Shown: positions 52,771-64,000 of the stretch, piece after piece
Numbering within the stretch: position 1 is the stretch's first letter
Layout of the letters: every line of letters starts with the position of its first letter
Source of the DNA: Chiloscyllium plagiosum
Taxonomy: Eukaryota
DNA: 64,000 nt
NCBI RefSeq assembly: GCF_004010195.1
Contig: NC_057753.1
Location: 8,492,985 to 8,556,984 of the forward strand
Direction of reading: 5' to 3'
Notes under the pieces: generated by a model
Told to the model about the DNA's origin: nothing
The model's input: only the letters and a program-made list of their open reading frames with translations
The model's database searches: none
Made by a program: the position numbers and the translations under genes

Positions 52771-53307
52771 TTAGATGGATATGAGCCAAATGCTGGAACG
52801 TGGGTCTAGATTAATTTAGGACATCTGCTCGACAGGGGCTCTTTGGACAGCAGGGTCTGTGTCTGTGCTGTATACTTGTATGACTCAATATCTCAACAGG
52901 CTCTGGGCTTTATATACAGTGATGCCCGCAAAGCATCGCGCATGCGCTCCTTGACATTCCTCATGTGTTCTAGAACCTTAGCAATCGGACTGAAATCTCA
53001 ATTGCAAAGTCATTCTCTACTGTGAATACAAATGAAATGTGTTACTGAACGTCCGCCGGCTCTACGTGCCTCTGCCCCTTTTGATTCTAAATTGCGTCCC
53101 GGTTTTCCTGGCAATAATCTTATTGTAAATACACGAATAAAATGCTTTCAAGACTTCCATTGATAAATTGTGCTGAAGATATTTTGTGGTCACTCGTCCT
53201 CCTAATTAATATTTTAAATACCCACAGAGCACTCTCTGTGCCTTTAAAGGACCTCCCTTGTTTTTATTACAATCGACATAATCTCTGCATTTTTTTGCCT
53301 TTTCAAA

Positions 53308-53625
53308 GGGGCGGCACGGTAGCACAGGAGCGGCACGGTGGCACAGTGGTTAGCACTACTGCCTCACAGTTCAATTCCTGGCTCAGGCAGCTGACTGTGT
53401 GGAGTTTGCACGTTCTCCCCGTGTCTGCGTGGGTTTCCTCCGCATGCTCCGGTTTCTTCCCACAGTCCAAAAATGTGCAGGTTAGGCGAATTGGCCATGC
53501 TAAATTGCCCCTAGTGTTAGGTCAAGGGGTAAATGTAGGGGAGTGGGTCTGAGTGGGTGGCGGGTTGGTGTGGACTTGTTGGGCTGAAGGGCCTGTTTCC
53601 ACACTGTAAGTAATCTGAATCAAAC
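53308..53625 (+). mobile_element. HE1-type SINE with duplicated 5' end
   Basis: ggggcggcacggtagcacag-gagcggcacggtggcacagtgg, then the standard body. Confidence 0.85.
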
Positions 53626-53950
53626 TCTAGATATCCCTGAACATCCGGGTTTTGCTGCCCTTGCCCTTCACCGTTTTAGGGACAAATCAACAGTTTTCAT
53701 GGTCACCCTTAGGGCGCTTGTAAATTCGTATACAATTCTTAGATAATTTAATGAGCTCGATGCCCAAATTTTGTGTTTTTGTGGGCTTGTTTCATTCTAT
53801 TTATCTACTTGAAATTTATTGAGGGAGAGCTTCGAAGTTGGAAATTAAATCACATGTCACATCAGAATCTGATATTGACACACAATGTGTTCTAACTTAA
53901 ATATCGTCGATTTTGAACATGAACAATAAAAGCAACAATTATATTGTGAA

Positions 53951-53952
<2 letters not shown>

Positions 53953-54012
<60 letters not shown>
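53953..54012. repeat. (AT)30 microsatellite
   Basis: Direct reading. Confidence 0.95.
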
Positions 54013-54014
<2 letters not shown>

Positions 54015-54019
54015 TATGT

Positions 54020-55140
54020 TTGAGCCAGGATTTAGAAAAATCACCTGACCTCTTGGCACATAAATGCATTCACACTGGCATGAAATCATGGGAATGTGGA
54101 CACTGTGAGAATTACTTCAAATCCCCATCTGAGGTGGAAAGACATTAGCGCAGTCACATTGGGGAAAGTCCATTTTCCTGTTCCAAATGCGGGAAAGCCT
54201 TAAGTCAGATATCCCATCTTCTGTAACACCAGCGACTTCACAGTAGGTGGAACGTTTTTAAATATTCAGACATTAGGAGATACTTACACCTTCCAAGGAA
54301 CTGACGTCCAATCAATGTGTTCCCACTGACCAAAGAACATTCAAATATTCTCACGGAAGGAGTGGGTTCAGATACTCCTCTCAACTCATATTACTCCAGC
54401 GACTTTAGGCTGAGGAGAGACCATTCATCTGCACCGATTGTGTTAAGGGATTCACTTGATTATCCAATGCACTGACACACAAGCGAGTTCACATTCTGGA
54501 GGCTTTTTTTAAATGGTGCGATTGTAGTAATTGCTGTGAAGGTTTCAGTGACTTGATGTCTCATCAATTTGCTTACACTAAGGAGCAAACGGGCAGTTGC
54601 TTCAGTCACACATCCCGACTTACACCAGCGGATTCATAATGGGGAAACAAAAATATTCACCCGCTTTGAGTCTGGGAAATGATTCAGTCAGTTACGATAT
54701 TTGTTGAGAGACCAGCGAATTCACACTGCGGATAGACCATTGTCCTGCTCACAGTGTGACAGGAGATTCATTGTTTCTCCACTTTGCTGAGACTCCAGCA
54801 AGTCCACGCTGCCGGAAGTCCAATCATCTGCTATGGGTGTGTGAATTGATTCATTTTGTTATCCTACCTGCTAATGGACCAGCGAGTACTCACTGAAGAG
54901 AGATCTTTCAAACACCCAGACTATGGGAAGTGCTGTAAAAATTCCTGGGAAGTGATGAGCCATCAACGTATTCACTCTGGCTAGTGACCATTCAGGTCAT
55001 CTCACTTGTGGACTGTGTTCAAGTGAACTTCTCAACTCAGTGTCCACCAGAGATTTTATTCACCTGCTCTAACTGTGGGTAAAACATTGCTCACTCATCC
55101 AAACTGCTGCAACAACAAGTTCCAAGTTCACAACTGCTTG
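54020..55140 (+). pseudogene. Decayed Kruppel-type C2H2 zinc-finger array
   Basis: HKCIHTGMKSWECGHCENYFKSPSEVERH*RSHIGESPFSCSKCGKALSQISHLL*HQRLH..., plus further TEERPF/HTADRP/HQRIHSG linkers. Multiple stops and frameshifts. Confidence 0.8.
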
Positions 55141-55779
55141 GATTTTATTGTTAATGACTTCCAGAAGTGAACTAACTTTATTGGGTCTGTTTCTGCAGAT
55201 TTTAGCAAACAAGGCTGTTTTAATGGTTGGATGTGATTGTTTGTTCTTTGTTGCACAACAAAGTGGCTGTATGGATAATTTTAGTCGGCAGTTCGAGTGT
55301 CCCGCATTATTTTGGTTCTGGAATCGCATGTAGACCAGACCAGGAAATGATGGCCGAATACTTTCCTTCAAGAACATTGATGAACTAGATCAGTTGTTCA
55401 ACAAGAAATGGTAGTTTTATAGCATGGCCAATAGATTATAGATTTGTTGAATAGAATCTAAACTCCATCAAATGCTGTGATCTTGTATCACCTGAGCATT
55501 AACATCTGGATCACTCGCCCAGCGACATTCTCACTAGACAGCAATCTCCTGCGAAACTCCAGGTCAATTCTACATGCTAAATTGCCAAATAAAATGCGAA
55601 TCAATCAGCTTTGTGTAAAATTGTACAACGGCTTTTTCTAAAATTCTGATATTTTGGGCCTTGGAGATTCTGCCTCTTTCCCCTGCATTCTCCACCCTCA
55701 CATCAATCAGCAAGTGTGAGAAGGTCACGGAGCCTCTTTGTCACCGCGATTGAGACACCTCCCACCACTCAGTAACGCT

Positions 55780-56165
55780 GCACCAGTGTATTCACCGCCT
55801 TTCCACTCCTTCTATTCGCTCTCACTGTGGGAGAAGTTCAGGTGATTGTTAAACATTCAGCAACAACAGCAAGCTCACCCGGGGACAGGTCAGTCAACTT
55901 TGTCTTGTGTGTGAATGAATTCATTAATTCATTAGAAGTGCTCGCACATTCCTAGATTCACATTCAGTGTCTACCAGCGCACTTACACTGAGGAGAAACC
56001 TTTCAGTAGCTTCTATTATAGGAGTAAATTCAGTCAGTCAATCATTCCCACATCAACACACAACAACGTGTTCACACTAAAAATAATCTTTTTCAAAGTT
56101 CTTCATACGGGCAGAGACTTTGAAGCAAAATGTATCTGCTGAAACACAAACCCATTCACACTAGT
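55780..56165 (+). pseudogene. Further, more decayed C2H2 zinc-finger remnants
   Basis: YQRTYTEEKPFS, QQRVHT and HKPIHT linker remnants. Confidence 0.55.
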
Positions 56166-57065
56166 ACAACCACTTAATTTCTCTCTGGAACGGTCTGTTT
56201 CCACACTGTAGGGATTCTGTTCTATTCTATTAGAATTCCCTGCTTAATTGGTGCGTGTGGGCTATACACCAGAATGCGTGAATCGTCACATCCTGGAACA
56301 TCCATGAGGGTGTGAACCTGACAGTCAATCTGTGATCACTCCTGCAGTGAGCATTGACACTGACCCTTCTGAATGTTGTAGGCTCATAGAGTGTACTCTG
56401 AAGAATCTGGGTTCATTATCCTGTCTGATACATGGTGAAGAATTGGAGAAATCCGTAGAAACTGTTGGGAGTGTTATTTGTCAGTATCCTTCTAGTGGTG
56501 AAAAATAGGAAATGTTTCTTCCTCTCAGTGCCACTCACAGTTTTGCCCATTTCAATCATATATCTCTCAGTCTTCTCTGTTCCAAAGAAAGCAACCGCAG
56601 TCGGTCAAAACTGTCTTCACAACCAAATGGTTAGTCAAATTCTGGTAGATCCCTGCAGCCTCATCAGTCTCATATCTCTAATAATATCTCTGCTCTAATG
56701 TGGAATACACGATACTATTCTCATTTTAGCTGAAGGAATTGTTCATACATTTAAAGCATAATCTCCCTGCATTTAATCATTCAAGAGAGTGATATGGCAG
56801 AGCTGAGTATGGTGACCATCACCAAGGAGAAGATGCTAAAAATGAATTGCCTGAACACAGATAAATGACCTGGAAACGATGGACTACACCCTAGAGGTAT
56901 AAGGGAGATCACAGAAGAGGTAGAGGAGGCGGAAGTGATGATGTGCCAGTATTCGCTGGAATATGGGAGGTTCCAGAGTACTGGAAATCGCTAAATTGAC
57001 ACCCTATTTTTAAAGGGAGTAATGGAAAAAACGGAGAATTACAGACCGATTAGCAAAATCTCAGC

Positions 57066-57361
57066 ACCGCCTTCTTGACCTGCAATCTTCTTCCCGACCT
57101 CTCCGCCCCCACCCCCTCTCCGGCCTATCACCCTCATCTTGACCTCCTTCCACCTATCGCATTCCCAACGCCACTTCCCCAAGTCCCTCCTCCCTACCTT
57201 TTATCTTAGCCTGCTTGGCACACCCTCCTCATTCCTGAAGAAGGGCTTATGCCCGAAACGTCGATTCCCCTTCTCCTTTGATGCTGCCTGACCAGCTGCG
57301 CTTTTCCAGCAACACATTTTTAAGCTCTGATCCCCAGCATCTGCAGTCCTCACTTTCTCCT
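57066..57361 (+). mobile_element. PLE terminal-repeat insert (C-rich segment plus hammerhead)
   Basis: Same family as the 11777 right arm, ending cagtcctcactttctcc. Confidence 0.72.
57231..57267 (+). ncRNA. Intact minimal type-I hammerhead ribozyme motif
   Basis: attc-CTGAAGA-A-GGGC-TTAT-GCCC-GAA-AC-GT-C-gatt: full core, perfect 4-bp stem II, GUC cleavage triplet (predicted cut after 57262). Confidence 0.75.
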
Positions 57362-58357
57362 GCTAGCATGAATGACTTGGCTGACTGGCAGAAAGGAGAG
57401 AGTGGGGATAAAATGGTCTTTCTCAGGATGGCAGCCGCTGACAAGTCCACAAGGTTCAGTGTTGCGACGACAACTTTTCACTTTACACATTAATGACCAA
57501 CATGATTGGTCATTCCAGCTACGTTTGCAGGTGATACAACGATAGGTCAAAAGTCACGTAGCATTTAGAAAGTGGAGAGGTTTCAGATTTGTACCGGTTA
57601 GGAGAATGGGCAAAGAAGTGGCAGATGAAGCACCACGTGGGAAATGTGAGATCATGCATTTTGATAGGAAGAATTGAGGCATGGTTTATTTTCTAAATCA
57701 GAAAAAACCAGAAGTCTGAAATGCAAAGCTACTGAGAGGTATATTCCCGATTTCTCTCAAGCTAAACTTGCAGGCTGATTCAGTGATTCGGAAAGCAAAT
57801 GCAATACTGGCATTTATTTTGAGAGGACTTGAATATAAAAGCAGAGATGTACTTCTGAGGCTCTACAAGGCTCTAGTCATACCTCACTTCCAGTATTGCG
57901 CGCAGCTTTGCATCCGATATCTCAGGAAAGATGTATTGACCCTGGGGTGTGTTCAGAGGTGGTTCATGAGAATGGTCCCAAGCTGAAAAGCTGAACATAT
58001 GAGAATTGTTTGAGGACTGAGTTTATACTCGTGGAGTTCAGAAGGTTGCAGGGGCATGTAACTGAAGAATAGAGAATACTGAATGTCCTGAAAAGCGGAG
58101 ATATGGTGAAGATGTTTCCATTGTTGGGAGAGATTAAGATCCGATGGCATAGCCTTAAAATAAAGGGTCGGTCTTTTAGAATGAAGATGAGGAGATAGGT
58201 CTTCAGCCAGACAGTGGTGAATCTATGGAATTCACTATCACAGAAGATTGTGGAGGCCAGCTCATTGAATACATGTAAGACAGAGACGGATAAGTTTTTG
58301 TGTATGAAGAGGATGAGTGGTTACCGGGAGGAAGCGTGAAAATGGGCTGAGAAACTT

Positions 58358-59560
58358 ATAGAACATAAAGTCTAGAATATAACAGCGCAGTACAAGCCCT
58401 TCTGTCCTCGATGTTGCGCCAACCTGTGAAACCAATCTGAAGACCATGTAACCTCCACTATTCCATTGTCTTTCATTTGTTTATCCAATGGAAATGGAAA
58501 TGTGTTCAAAGTTTGCGAGTCTACTACTACTGCAGGTAGGGTATACCACGCCCTGACTACTCACTGAGTAACGAACCAACATTTAACGTATGTCCTGTAT
58601 CTACCACCCGTCAAATCAAAGCTATGTCTCCTCCTGCTAGCCATCATCTTTCGAGGAAAAAGGCTCTCGCCGTCCACCCTATCTAATCCTCTGATCATCT
58701 TGCATGTTTCGATTAACTCCCCTTTTAACTTTCTCTCGAACGAAATCAGCCACGGATCCCTCAGACTTTCCTCATAAGACCTTGCCACCAAACCAAGCAA
58801 CATCCTGTAAAATCTCCCACTCACCCTTTCTAATGCTTCCACATCTTCTCTATGATGTGGTGACCAGAACTGTACACAATACTCCAAGAGCGGATGCAAC
58901 AGTGTTTTGTATAGCTGCAACATGACCTCGTGATTTCAACACTCAATTCCTCTACCAATAGAACCGAAAACACCGTACACCTTCTTAACCACCCTATCAA
59001 TCTGAATGGGGAATTTCGGGGATTGATTCACATGGACACTAAGATCCTCTGCTCATCCATGCTACTACGAATCTTACCATTAGTCCAGTACTGTGCATTC
59101 CTGTTACTCCTTCCAAAGTGAATAATCTCCCATCATTTCACATTAAACTCAATTTGTCACCTCTCAGCACAGTTCTGCAGCTATGCTATGTCTCTCTGTG
59201 ACCTGCAAAAGCCTTCCACACTTTACACAGTTCTTGTGACTTTCTGGCATCCGCAACTTTACTAACCCATCCTTTTACGCCCTCATCCAGGTCATTTACA
59301 AAAAAAAGACAAACATCAGTGCACCAAAATGAAGCCTTCCGATATGCCAATAGTAACTAAACTCCAGGATGAATGTTTCCCATCAACCACCTGTCTTCTT
59401 TCAGCTCGACAATATCTGGTCCAATCTGTGAAATAACCCTAAATCCCACTCCTCCGTATTTTATGCAATGGCCTACCATACGCCTGATTGAAATCCGTAT
59501 GCACCATATATACTGCTTAACGCTCATCCACCTGGTTAGTGACCTCCTCAAAGAATAATT
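58358..59560 (-). mobile_element. CR1 LINE 3' fragment
   Basis: LYKTLLHPLLEYCVQFWSPH, KGELIETCKMIRG, tail atagaacata at ~58358. Confidence 0.82.
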
Positions 59561-61381
59561 GAAGGTTGAATGTTCTGACGCCTTAGTTACATTTTGGTAA
59601 CTAGAAAAGAAAATCAGCTTCAGCACTACCTTGCTGTTCTGCGTCTTCGCTTAATTTTCATTCTCTAATGTTCAAAGCAACTGATCTCCCACCTCCCTAT
59701 ACTATCTCAGGAACCTAAGTTATAATTCAAAGATGTATCCATAATCATAGCTACGTTTTTACCCAAGGCTCTGCAAGACATGGATAAAACCAATCCCATT
59801 GGAACTGCTTATATCTTTCGCTGTTGTAGTGCCAATGCCCGCTAAATTCAAACCCATTTCTCTCACAAATATTTGAACTACATATTCACCTAAAAAATCT
59901 TGTTGACCCTGGTACGACGACGTAACTTCCAGTTCCGGACAATGGCTGAGTGGTAAAACACATTCGAGTTTCTCTTGACTCAAACTGATTGGGGTATTTG
60001 GTCTTTGATTCGTTTTCTCTTGAACATTAGCAATCATACGTTCTTAAACTTTGTCACGTGCAGCTGTAATATGTGAGAAAACAATGAGTATCTCAATACT
60101 TGCGAAGAAGAAAGAAATGTTCCAGAGTCTAGCGGGAATACATTAGCGTCTGTAAATATGCAAATGTAAGATTGACGCAGAAATCTGCTGATTTTACAGC
60201 AATAAGACAGAAAATAACGAATTAATTTAGCACCACCATAATTCATCAGTTTACAACGATACAGTAACCCGTTTTCAAGGAAGCTGCCACTTTCTGCGAG
60301 ACGGAAAATCACAAAGTGGGTAAATAAAGATATGTCTTGGCCCTAAAACTAGAATTTAGAATTCACTGTTCTGGGCAAGAATATATAGAAGTTGGTGGCA
60401 ATGGCGACTTCAGAGTGGTGACCTGGAGAAAGGACCTCTGAAGTAATGGACGCTCTCATTTTTGAAAGGTTTTATTTCCGATGGAACAGTGAAAAATCGT
60501 GAAGATAGCAATATAGCAGAAGGCAGGAAAAGAGCTATGCACAAAACTTTTGTCATCTCCTGACAGGTATTTCACTACACATGATTTTGTTCAAGACACA
60601 TATTGTACTTTCGCGCTGCCTGTAGGCGATTACCTCGATATATAAAACTGATGCATACAGATGATGCAGATATGATTCGTCATGTGCTTTTCTCACATAC
60701 CTGGTTACCGTATTGAAAGAGAATAAGTCTTCGAAGAGAAATGCCATATGAAGTTCAGCCCTATTGTTAGATTCAGTTTATGAAGTGTGTTTTTTTTTAC
60801 GCCCAGTCGGACGAAATCATGTTGGTGGCTACAGAACTGACATTTGTTATCTCTTTGTTCAGGTTGTGTTCTATCCCCATCACAACTAACTTCAGGCTGA
60901 TGACCTAACTCTGAACAAACAAGTTGAATAAAAGATGTTCAAGTTAGAACTCCTGACGTGAGAATGCCTCGATCAGTTTCAAAAGGCTTTGTACTGCCAT
61001 GTATGCTTTGTGGATAAATCCCCAATCTAAGCATACAGTCATCATTCTCAATTGATGAAAAATGAGAAAGCCAGTGTTGAACGCATGCAGGAAGCTTGTG
61101 TTCTGCTTACTAATAAACCAAATGCGGACTCAGTGGCTGCTCAGCATTAATTCTGATATTCTGACACCCTCATGACAGATAGAAATTCACTGGATCTGAC
61201 AGCATATTACAATATCAGAACGATTTGCAACATCAATTTTTATATTAATGCTATTTTTTCAGTCGCACTCTTAGTAAGTTTCCAAAATATATGCAGCTTT
61301 CAATGAAAGTCAGACTTAATACGGGCAATTTGAAGAACCTTTTCTAAAATCATGCAGAATACAGATAATATTTGTATCTTT

Positions 61382-62292
61382 TCAACATTTACATAATTTA
61401 CCAAACAAATTAAGTGGATATCTCAATCCATTCTTAAATTCATCTCGGATTTTACCCTGTGTCACGGCATAAATAAATGGATTGATGCAGGAACTCAGTA
61501 ACTGAAGCATATATCCACTTTCCTGAAGAAATGATATTGAATCAGTTACACTGGAACCCGAAGAGTAAGTCACACTTCTGACTCGAACGTAGAAGATAGT
61601 TACAAAATATAGCAAATATGACAGAATGAAACTGCCTGAGATACCAAAGAGTAACACAATGGACTTTCGCCGCTTCTCAACCTCTGGATCATTTTGGTTC
61701 TCTTCAGCACTCTGGGATCGAAATCTCTTGCGGACTCGATTGGCTGCTAGAATGTGTCTGACAGTCAGAACATTGAGCAATAAAATTAAAATGAAGGGAA
61801 AACAAGGAGTTAAAATGGATCGCATCCAATCAAATACAATCCACGCGGGTGATGCATAGAACATTAATTTATGGACACAGAACCAAGGTGTGTCATTCAG
61901 TATGTACAAAGGTTCGAATACAAAATACCAGAAGGCATTCTTTATACAGCTCAGTGTGCAAACACTTCCAATAATCCAGCCTGCTGTCTTCTCTGTACAG
62001 TATTTTATTTTCAGCTTCTGGCAACAAATCGCCACAAATCGATCAAAGGTGAAAGCGACCGTCAACCAAGCAGAACTGTCTATGGCTTCATAAATTAATG
62101 CAACACGAAGACTGCATACTGGTGTGATGGACAGAAAACTCAATGGGAAGAAAATTCCAGCAATGCGACTTAATATCACAGCCGTGATAATGACCTGGAG
62201 ATCTGTCACTGCCATGGACACCAGATAATATGTGATACATTTAGAGAGCCCGCATGTTTTTCGAGACAATATCAGTATTACCGCCAAGTTTG
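61382..62292 (-). CDS. GPR139/GPR142-like class A GPCR, gene 2, large 3' exon (exon 1 presumably beyond the window end)
   Basis: Uninterrupted frame ANLAVILILS...DRFVAICC...INPFIY...KLCKC*. Acceptor ttttttttcgattgcag|CA lies at the same codon and phase as in gene 1. Ungapped alignment to gene 1 gives about 199/298 identical residues (manual count). Confidence 0.93.
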
Positions 62293-63244
62293 CTGCAATC
62301 GAAAAAAAAGCGAGGGTAAAATACAATTAATATCCTTCAGAGATCGAACATGAAAACATGTAGTTTAACCTCCATTAAAAATTTTCAGAGCGTTTAATCA
62401 ATTGTGTATCTCCAAAACAGTGACCTGTATTAACAAATATCTCTTGTATAGCAATGTTTCTCCATTTGGTACAATCAACCAACTTAAAAGTAAATTAGCA
62501 TAATGATGCAGCGAAGTCAGTAGTGAAATATAATAGAAACACGTAGTTAATACAAAAAAATCTTCAAAACCAAAAGTAGAATAGGTAAAATGAATTACCA
62601 AATGGGAGAAAGAAATCGAGGAATAATGCGTCGAATGTGTGACACGCAAGGAACAAAAACAACAGTAAGTCAAGAAAAATTATATGTTTTGAGTTTCAAA
62701 AATAGCGATATTCATCAAATTATTTGTTTGAAATGCCTGTAATCAACTTTGACAAAACAAAAACCTCATGAGGAACGGCAGAACGGACAATTGACATATT
62801 TTTGAGTTTGCAATGAAAAGACTGGTTAGAATGCAACAAAGTATCTAACTCTTCCCATGACAGTCACTTGGAACTGTTCATGTCGAACTGAACCACTGTA
62901 GTGTAGAGATAATGAGATTTCATTCAGAGAAATGTCTGTTTCTAAATGTATAATCTTAAAGTTGCAAGGTGTTGTGTGAGATTTTTATTCATATAATGGG
63001 AATTTGAAATCAAAAATTCTAGTCTCAGTTATGAGACATTTCAACTGCTCTAGCTTTATTCATTCTAGAGAGAAAAAGAACGAAAATGATACTGGTTGCA
63101 ATATTACGAAGTGAACGGAGCAAGAAAACGTTTGTGGAGTTCAATGCATGGAAGTCAGAAAATCAACTAATCGGGAGAACAGAACAAAACGACAATGTGG
63201 TCTAACCAGCTACGATTCGTACAGAGATTCTTGGAATTGATTGT

Positions 63245-63340
63245 TCAGAGTCGAGAGTGTGGTGCTAGAAAAACCCGTCAGGTCATACAACATCCGAGGA
63301 GCGGGAGAATTGACGTTTTGGGCATTAGCCTTTTCAGATC
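63245..63340 (-). mobile_element. PLE-derived fragment with inactivated hammerhead, in the presumed intron of GPCR gene 2
   Basis: Matches the 11777 family. Minus strand CTGAA-AAGGC-TAAT-GCCC-AAAACGTC (core deletion, GAAA to AAAA). Confidence 0.6.
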
Positions 63341-63605
63341 GAGTCAAATGTTAATGATTCTATAAACGAGAACTCCTGCATTTATCCTGCATCCTGCCAA
63401 AACCACACCTCCTTTGATACCAATTTAATGACTTCATTCGGTAAATTTATAAGCCAGTTAAACATTTAATTCTCCTGTTCAATCAGTTAATTGTGTGAAG
63501 TGCTACGCTACAATGAATGTCAGCAACAGAATATAACTTGCGTTTAACATGTCTTGAGCAGGAGTACAAATAACATAATAAATGTACACTTACACTGAGA
63601 CGATT

Positions 63606-63842
63606 ATAGAACATAGAACATAGAACAATACAGCACAGAACAGGCCCTTCGGCCCACGAAGTTGTGCCGAACATTTGTCCTAGCTTAAGCACCCATCCAT
63701 GTACCTATCCAATTGCCGCTTAAAGGTCACCACTCCCACAGGCAGCGCATTCCATGCCCCCACCACTCTCTGGGTAAAGAACCCACCCCTGACATCTCCC
63801 CTATACCTTCCACCCTTCACCTTAAATTTATGTCCCCTTGTA
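63606..63842 (-). mobile_element. CR1 3' end
   Basis: (atagaac)n tail = (GTTCTAT)n on the minus strand, followed by CR1 3' UTR/RT end. Confidence 0.8.
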
Positions 63843-64000
63843 ATAAGGTATCACATGTAACATTAAAAATGCAACAATAGATATATGTTTATTAAGGCAT
63901 GATAGATATTATGAAACGTAAGTCCCAAAAAACAAGCCAGTAGCACACGTTAATTACATATGATAACTGAAAGAATATTCACACAGAGCAACTGTGACAT

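Larger units (their letters stand above)
56780..58345 (+). mobile_element. Decayed CR1 LINE (interrupted by a PLE insert)
   Basis: PGNDGLHPR, ENYRPIS, IRKANAILAFILRGLEYKS..LYKALVIPH. Confidence 0.7.

Overview
Eukaryotic, repeat-rich vertebrate DNA. It is most likely a shark or other elasmobranch, inferred from HE1-type tRNA SINEs and the CR1 and Penelope repeat content. The only intact host genes are two tandem, same-strand (-) rhodopsin-class GPCRs of the GPR139/GPR142-like group. Gene 1 can be assembled completely: exon 1 at 23145-23076 plus exon 2 at 14945-14050, joined by a phase-1 GT-AG intron of 8130 nt, giving 321 aa. Gene 2 shows only its large exon (62292-61382), about 67% identical to gene 1 by hand count. 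The rest is nested transposon debris: many CR1 LINE fragments, a Rex1/Babar-type LINE, a full-length decayed L1 with a target-site duplication (TSD), three decayed Gmr1-like Gypsy LTR elements (integrase upstream of RT, SCAN-like gag), at least 8 HE1 SINEs and a decayed C2H2 zinc-finger array. About 14 minimal type-I hammerhead ribozyme (HHR) motifs sit in short Penelope-derived inserts, several as inverted pairs flanked by 12-21 bp direct repeats. Nearly all ORFs in the supplied track are TE fragments or antisense shadows. Family assignments come from motif recognition, not database searches, and many TE boundaries are approximate.
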